Shown here: one piece after another, positions 58,072 through 64,000 of the stretch
Layout of the letters: every line of letters starts with the position of its first letter
Numbering within the stretch: the first letter of the stretch is position 1
Sequence record: MF360958.1
Direction: 5' to 3' (one strand)
Length of the DNA: 64,000 nt
The notes under the pieces: model-generated
Databases searched by the model: none
What the model was told of the DNA's origin: nothing
The model's input: the letters and a program-made list of their open reading frames with translations, nothing else
Position numbers and translations under genes: made by a program

Positions 58072-58881
58072 ATGAATGATGCTTTGATTTTTAGAAAGTA
58101 TTGTAGTAGTAATGATTATAGTTATGAAAAAGATATTATCGAACAATCTATTCGACACTTTTGCAACCCTAATACCGAAGTTTTAGCAGTATATAAGTTC
58201 GATGAACTTAACTTTCACCCAACATGCGAGGATCAATATATTATTCTTCTTGATAAAAAAGGTAATATTGTTATTTCTAATCAAGAACATAACTTTTCAA
58301 AGACAGCTAAAGTTGTTATGAAAGATGACTATGCTTGTAAGGAATGTGAAAAACCAGTGAATTTTATAGGGGTTTCCATTTCTCATATTGATAATCCAGA
58401 AAAACCCGCTGTGTTTTTCGGTCATTTAGATTATGACGAAGAGCATTTTACTATCATGACTAAGGATCATATCATTCCTAAAGCGGAAGGCGGTAATAAT
58501 TCTATGGTTAATCTACAATGTCTATGTTATGATTGTAATCAAGATAAAGCAGATAAATTGGACGGAATTGTTGAAAACGCCTGTCCTGATAATCCTACAA
58601 AATATCGTATCGATCCAAATGATCCTAGATTGAATAACAAAAAGAGACAACGAAATTTTGTAAAAGTTGATGAAGAAGAACTCAATCTTATGAGACAAAA
58701 AATAAAAGACTTCTATAATACTCGGAAAAATATTAAAAACACTATTAATAGAATTCCTTGGTATTATAAACTACTAGGTGTTGATCGTTATATTGAAAAG
58801 AAAATTAAAGAATATCTAGTTAATAAGGGATACTATAGTAATGGTGGAGAGAATAATGTTAAAATAGATGATAGTGGGTGA
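58072..58881 (+). CDS. HNH endonuclease
   Basis: CKEC...MTKDHIIPKAEGGNNSMVNLQCLCYDCNQDK. Confidence 0.9.
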   Translation: MNDALIFRKYCSSNDYSYEKDIIEQSIRHFCNPNTEVLAVYKFDELNFHPTCEDQYIILLDKKGNIVISNQEHNFSKTAKVVMKDDYACKECEKPVNFIGVSISHIDNPEKPAVFFGHLDYDEEHFTIMTKDHIIPKAEGGNNSMVNLQCLCYDCNQDKADKLDGIVENACPDNPTKYRIDPNDPRLNNKKRQRNFVKVDEEELNLMRQKIKDFYNTRKNIKNTINRIPWYYKLLGVDRYIEKKIKEYLVNKGYYSNGGENNVKIDDSG

Positions 58882-58883
58882 TA

Positions 58884-61649
58884 TCACCCACTCTCAAAAC
58901 TAGTAAAGCCATTTTCTTTTTTAACGTAAAGAATATCTTCAACGTATTCGATAAGTTCTTCTTTATGTGTTATTAGGAATACAGATTTGTTTTTCTCGGC
59001 ATTAATTGATTTAAGAAGTTCGACCCCCCGTATAGCCGCACTGCTATCAATACCAAAGTCTAATAATTCGTCTACAAACACAAGATTGATTGGTCCTACA
59101 AGATTCTCATACAAATCACGAAACGCAAGATTGAGAGCAATAATAGCTCTGTTTTGTTCGCCACGAGACAGGTTGCCAAAGTCCACTTCCTCACCCATAT
59201 CTCGAATTGTAAACGTGAGATCAGCATCAAATGTAATCTCATGATCCAAAGCCAACTTATCAAGATACAATGGTAATCTCTTATTCAAGAATGGAAGGCT
59301 TTGATCAATTATACGTTTTCTAACAAAAGAATCTCTGCTCGTAAGAAGCTTTTGTAGAAACTTGGCATGTTTCAATTCTTTTTCATATTGTGTCAATTGA
59401 GTATAATCAATTTCTTGATAACCAAGTTCGCCATTTTGTAGATCATCAATTTGGCTGTCGTATGGGTTTATTTGTTGTTCAAGTTGGTTAATATTATCTT
59501 TAATGCTTTGAATCATGGTTTCATGATTATAAGCATCTTTTATATCACGATAGAATGTTTCTTTTTTAGAAGCATTACGGTAATCATCAACTTGTGTAAG
59601 GATTTCATTATATTCATCAATGGTTTTTTGATACCCATCAACTTCATCTAAAACTTCTGAAATTTTGTTTTCAACTTCCTGAATATGCTTTTCAATTTCG
59701 CCGTCTTCTATTGTTTGATTGCATTCGGGACAAATACTTTTTGTAAATGATTGTAACTGATCATTATATTGTTTTAGAATATTTTCAGACTTCTTTTTTA
59801 ATTGATTTTTTGTATTAACTTGTTCTTCAATATAACGAATCTTTTCTAATGTATCATCCAGATCCTTATTATATTCATGATTTTCAATTTCTGTTTTAAT
59901 ATCGATTTCATTAAGTTTTTCTAATGAAGACTGTAATTCTTCGATTTTTTTATTATGTTCCTTATCCCAATTATCCTTTTTAACAGTAAGTTGTTCAATA
60001 TTTTTTTGAATACGATTATTTGATTCAATAATCGTTTCCACCCTCACTTTTTCTTTTTCATGTTCCTGTTTTAAAGTTTTAATTTTTTCAGCAACAGTCT
60101 TTGCCTTTTCGGATAATACAATAATGCCTAGAATTTCTTCAATTATTTGGCGCTGTTGTGCAGCTTGAGCATCCATAAATGAACCGGTATAAGTATTCAT
60201 AAGAACAATTTGTTTAAACACTACTTCCGATATTAGTATCTTATTTTGAATAACTTCTTGGGTATCGGCGTTTTCACCTAACGACTTCAATAGATCCATT
60301 TCTTCATCGTTCTCATTATATTGAACGAAGTTAAGAACATTGGGTTTGCGCCCTCGATCAATACGATATTTAACACCATTTAGCTCAAAGTTTATAGAAA
60401 CCATCATGTTCTTTTTATTTTTATTGTTAACTATATTATCCTGCTTTCTAATTTTTGTTACAGGTTTGCCATATAATGCATAAGAAATACCATTAATAAT
60501 AGTAGTATTATGCGTTATCGTATAATTATTGGTGATATAAAGTTCGCGTTTATCATTAATTTTGATACATGCTGCTTTTTCTTTACCTTTATACTCAATG
60601 CTTTCTATTTTACAATATACGTCATGGCATAATAAATAATCTTTTTTCTCATCTAGTGTAAAGAAACTATTATTATTTCGAAATTTTGAATCAATAATTA
60701 TATCTTTTTGTGAATCCATAAATGAATGAGAATAATCATTAACTGAATATACACTATATTTTAAATAAGATACACCCCCAAGACTACGTATAAGTTCTTG
60801 TAAATCAATAGAAAGCTTCTTATCTTTCGAAGGTAAAAATATAGAACTAAAAGAGTCATTTTTTTCTGCAATACTATCAAAAAAACCTCTTAACAGTTCT
60901 GTTCTTTGTAATGTAGAACCATGAAGATATTGATTAGGTATTGTTTTATACCCATTTACGATGATGTTCATTTCTTTCAATAATGATTTAAGAGAATTTG
61001 TTTTAGAACGTGTCTTGAGAACAGTATCCAATCCTTTCTGATTTACAATGATATTGTTTGTTGACTTACGAATTCGCTCAATAATACGTGAATCAATATT
61101 CTTAAATTTCACATCATCACCATCTAATTTTCCACGCGCAAGTATGCAACCCATAAGATAAGGATGGATATGCTGCACTGTGTTTTCATGATCATATATT
61201 TCTTCTGGTGTTTTTATATAGATAGGATTATTTGAAGCGATATAGCTTTTAATTTGATCAGTATTTAAAATTTCAACAGAACCATTTTCATGAACAATTT
61301 CCCATAGGTGCTCATCACATGCCTCTACTTTACGGCCATCATTTGTCACAACTTCAAATATGTTTTTCTTTGGTTGTGGGAATTTACCAGTCACAATACT
61401 ATGGGTTCCAAAAGGCGTACAAACCACGTCACCAATGTTAATATCTTTCATGGTCTTCCACCCATTGGGAACACGAATTAAGCTGTGATAAGGCTGTGCT
61501 TTCCCTATACCGTTGGATGTTTTATCTTCATTGTCAATATTCGAACCGAGAATAAGCTTTGTGGTATTTTGGTTTAGATAAACAGTTTGTTCAACTTGTC
61601 CAACAGAAAAGAAGTTTTTAAGTGTAATATCGTTAATATTAAATTTCAT
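58884..61649 (-). CDS. gp46: Rad50/SbcC-like ATPase (T4 gp46-like) with an intein
   Basis: NGIGK/TT Walker A split by an intein; CPEC zinc hook; LSRGE signature; FVDELLD Walker B. Confidence 0.95.
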   Translation of the reverse strand: MKFNINDITLKNFFSVGQVEQTVYLNQNTTKLILGSNIDNEDKTSNGIGKAQPYHSLIRVPNGWKTMKDINIGDVVCTPFGTHSIVTGKFPQPKKNIFEVVTNDGRKVEACDEHLWEIVHENGSVEILNTDQIKSYIASNNPIYIKTPEEIYDHENTVQHIHPYLMGCILARGKLDGDDVKFKNIDSRIIERIRKSTNNIIVNQKGLDTVLKTRSKTNSLKSLLKEMNIIVNGYKTIPNQYLHGSTLQRTELLRGFFDSIAEKNDSFSSIFLPSKDKKLSIDLQELIRSLGGVSYLKYSVYSVNDYSHSFMDSQKDIIIDSKFRNNNSFFTLDEKKDYLLCHDVYCKIESIEYKGKEKAACIKINDKRELYITNNYTITHNTTIINGISYALYGKPVTKIRKQDNIVNNKNKKNMMVSINFELNGVKYRIDRGRKPNVLNFVQYNENDEEMDLLKSLGENADTQEVIQNKILISEVVFKQIVLMNTYTGSFMDAQAAQQRQIIEEILGIIVLSEKAKTVAEKIKTLKQEHEKEKVRVETIIESNNRIQKNIEQLTVKKDNWDKEHNKKIEELQSSLEKLNEIDIKTEIENHEYNKDLDDTLEKIRYIEEQVNTKNQLKKKSENILKQYNDQLQSFTKSICPECNQTIEDGEIEKHIQEVENKISEVLDEVDGYQKTIDEYNEILTQVDDYRNASKKETFYRDIKDAYNHETMIQSIKDNINQLEQQINPYDSQIDDLQNGELGYQEIDYTQLTQYEKELKHAKFLQKLLTSRDSFVRKRIIDQSLPFLNKRLPLYLDKLALDHEITFDADLTFTIRDMGEEVDFGNLSRGEQNRAIIALNLAFRDLYENLVGPINLVFVDELLDFGIDSSAAIRGVELLKSINAEKNKSVFLITHKEELIEYVEDILYVKKENGFTSFESG
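60507..61499 (-). mobile_element. 331-aa class 3 intein with a degenerate LAGLIDADG domain
   Basis: Ala1 (AQP), block B ACDEHLW, block F AACIKI, block G ITHN, +1 Thr. Confidence 0.9.
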
Positions 61650-61667
61650 GACCGTATTATCCTTTCT

Positions 61668-62702
61668 TTATAAATCGTTATACATATTGATGAGCATATC
61701 AATATCGTATTCTTCAGTATCCATAGATTTTATTTGATTAATAACAATGCTATCTACATTATCACAAACTTCTGCATCGTCAATTTCTTCACCTTCAAAT
61801 AATTCCTGTTTGGATGATTCTAAAAGTTTGATTGTTCGTACTGGATAGTTTTCTATCAACCAATCTCGATAATTTTGTACTTCAGTGCTATTACCATCAT
61901 CGTTATCATAATAGATTTTTAAATTTAATTTGTTGTTATCACCAATATAATAGTCTTCATTATTTTTTAGATTTTTGAATTCAAAACTTCTAAATGTAGG
62001 ACCATTATCCCAATCATAAAATATAGGTTCTTTATCCCATTCAAGAACCATAAAACCACGCTCGTCATCATTAACATCATTAAAGTTATGAGGGAAACAT
62101 GAACCTACATAACACACATTACCTTTCCACTGGCGTTTATGAAAGTGACCCGTAAAAACATAACGCTGGTTTGTAAAATCATCATATTTTAATTTACCAT
62201 TATCAGGCATTTTAACCATTGAGTTTAAGTAAAATTCTGGAAGTTCAAAATGCCCGAATATATATTTACTTTTGGATTTTTTAACATTTTTCCATTCATC
62301 ATCAACTAACCATGGATAAAATGTCGCATTATCTTTTGTATATTTCTCATCAATAATTTTAATATTAGGAAATGATTCAGCAAACACTATAGAAGAAACA
62401 TTACGATTGTACTTATAATAAAGATCATGATTACCTACAATCATATACGTAATGTCAAAATTATCATTTATTTTTTTAAGACCTTGCCATGAATATTTCA
62501 TGGTTTCGACATTAATACTGTGACGATTGTGATGCCAATCTCCTAAAAATATTGCTTTATTAATTCCAAGATCTTTTGCATAAGATATCATCCAATCAAT
62601 AAATTCATTACAATCTTCGTTATGTAAAGGATCATTTTTACGTATACCATAGTGAATATCGGCAAATATGATAGCTTTATCAAATAATTGTTTTTCGCTC
62701 AT
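61668..62702 (-). CDS. gp47: Mre11/SbcD-like nuclease (T4 gp47-like)
   Basis: ADIHYG, LGDWHH, GNHD, GHFE, GHFH; adjacent to gp46. Confidence 0.95.
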   Translation of the reverse strand: MSEKQLFDKAIIFADIHYGIRKNDPLHNEDCNEFIDWMISYAKDLGINKAIFLGDWHHNRHSINVETMKYSWQGLKKINDNFDITYMIVGNHDLYYKYNRNVSSIVFAESFPNIKIIDEKYTKDNATFYPWLVDDEWKNVKKSKSKYIFGHFELPEFYLNSMVKMPDNGKLKYDDFTNQRYVFTGHFHKRQWKGNVCYVGSCFPHNFNDVNDDERGFMVLEWDKEPIFYDWDNGPTFRSFEFKNLKNNEDYYIGDNNKLNLKIYYDNDDGNSTEVQNYRDWLIENYPVRTIKLLESSKQELFEGEEIDDAEVCDNVDSIVINQIKSMDTEEYDIDMLINMYNDL

Positions 62703-62707
62703 AAGTT

Positions 62708-63934
62708 TTAGTTCGCTAATTTTGAATAATTAATGACGTTTTTTAATTTTGATTTGTTTTCAATCATGGTTTCAATAGTTTCATTATAGCTAGAATCATT
62801 ATTGTTGATAGCCGTAACCATGTTATTTACATTACTTATTATTGTTTTACATAATTCTGAATATAGAAAAGGATTGGTTTTTATAACACTATCACTAGTT
62901 TCTGATGTACGAATAAATATATTACATAATTTATTTAATTGTTCTATATTATTCTCTTTTATATCATTTTCTTCGATATGTTCATAACAAGTATTATTCA
63001 ATTCAGATATATTATTTATATTCTCGAAATACTTTTCATTAATAATATTAATCATTTGAATAATATATTTTAAACGAGTATCATAATAACGCTTTAATGT
63101 AGATTTACTGAAACAAATAATCTGGTTAAGTGTAATAAGGACATTATTATAGGCAGAGGTGTTTAATGTTGTATTATTATAATTTGATAATATAAATTTA
63201 GTGCTTAAATTAATGTAATTATTAACAGTATCGTCTTCGAAACTAAAATGTGTAAATTCATAATGTTCACTGAAAATACTAATAAATGTTTCGAACCAGT
63301 TAAAACCATGTTTAGATTGTAAGTAATAAACCAAGATTGAATCTAATATTTTATTATCAAATTCAATATTATCTAGAATAGTTTGATAATAATTTCTCCA
63401 TAAATCTGATTCATTTGAATATTGTCTAACATTAAAAGTAAAGATATTGTGTATGTTTGATATAATCAATCCATCAATATACTTTTTTATTGGTTTATAG
63501 TTCAGATATATATTTTTATAAAGATAAGTATCATTGAGAAAACAATTTAATAATATAATTTTTGATCCTTGAAAATGATTAAGTAATAAATGAACAAATT
63601 CTTGATCATTTAGATATTCAGGATATATATATTTAAATAATGGTTTTATTTGATCTTCAGAACAATTTCTTTGGCCGTAAATTTTGAATATATCTAAAAA
63701 ATTTAATAATTGAAGTTTATTTAATTCATATATTTCTTCAGAAAATATATTTCGAAAAGCATCCATTAAAGTGATACGTTTTTCAAATTTACTGTTCAGA
63801 AAATCTTTTTTTATTTGACTAATAAATGAGGATTCATTGTTATTTTTAATACTATCACGATCATGCTTATCACCACCATCGCCTAAATCAACATTAATAA
63901 ATTCTCTAAATATTTTATCATAATAATATGGCAT
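62708..63934 (-). CDS. hypothetical N/I-rich protein
   Basis: 408 aa, AGGAG RBS. Confidence 0.7.
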   Translation of the reverse strand: MPYYYDKIFREFINVDLGDGGDKHDRDSIKNNNESSFISQIKKDFLNSKFEKRITLMDAFRNIFSEEIYELNKLQLLNFLDIFKIYGQRNCSEDQIKPLFKYIYPEYLNDQEFVHLLLNHFQGSKIILLNCFLNDTYLYKNIYLNYKPIKKYIDGLIISNIHNIFTFNVRQYSNESDLWRNYYQTILDNIEFDNKILDSILVYYLQSKHGFNWFETFISIFSEHYEFTHFSFEDDTVNNYINLSTKFILSNYNNTTLNTSAYNNVLITLNQIICFSKSTLKRYYDTRLKYIIQMINIINEKYFENINNISELNNTCYEHIEENDIKENNIEQLNKLCNIFIRTSETSDSVIKTNPFLYSELCKTIISNVNNMVTAINNNDSSYNETIETMIENKSKLKNVINYSKLAN

Positions 63935-64000
63935 ATAATAAAACTCCTAAGTCTATGTGATTAAAAGATACCATAACTTAGGAGTTTGTAAACATCACTT

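Noticed and set aside
58072-58881. HNH gene as the endonuclease of the fractured terminase locus
   Set aside because: It lies over 4 kb away beyond the ligase and a structural gene, on the opposite strand, with no terminase C-half beside it
1-64000. CRISPR array
   Set aside because: No run of equal-length repeats with unique spacers seen; the repeats found are coding tandem repeats, terminators or promoter duplicates
1-64000. DGR template repeat, reverse transcriptase or Avd in this window
   Set aside because: No ORF with RT motifs (YxDD in RT context) and no AAY-rich copy of 24691-24780 found by eye on either strand
1-64000. Stop-codon reassignment (alternative genetic code)
   Set aside because: Conserved genes are full length in the standard code, TAA, TAG and TGA all end genes, and no suppressor tRNA is present; the TAA at 19878 is isolated

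Overview
A 64 kb segment of an AT-rich (roughly 30% GC by eye), densely coding dsDNA jumbo myophage genome, distantly T4-like. Recognisable core genes are scattered rather than clustered: tail sheath, the N-terminal half of the large terminase, gp46/gp47 (Rad50/Mre11), ATP-dependent DNA ligase, thymidine kinase, dNMP kinase, dCMP deaminase, an RNA ligase, two HNH endonucleases and two tRNA-Leu genes. Sigma70-type early promoters, T4-like (TATAAATA) late promoters and a family of GC-stem terminators punctuate it. Very acidic late proteins suggest a halophilic or marine host (inference; RaK2/GAP32/XacN1/SCTP-2-like group, not verified). Most unusual signals: (1) a terminase N-fragment ending in a 43-aa split-intein N-half whose partner gene is not in the window; (2) a CLec-type gene whose 3' end looks like a diversity-generating-retroelement variable region, with no template or reverse transcriptase in the window; (3) a shared N-terminal module between that gene and a beta-propeller gene; (4) a class 3 intein in the Rad50 Walker A; (5) at least 14 accessory proteins from two or more unrelated families ending in an N-x-L-K-L-like motif; (6) a phage CheW, an AT-hook/wHTH protein and a duplicated 100-bp promoter-leader. 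Function calls come from motif recognition only; no searches were run.
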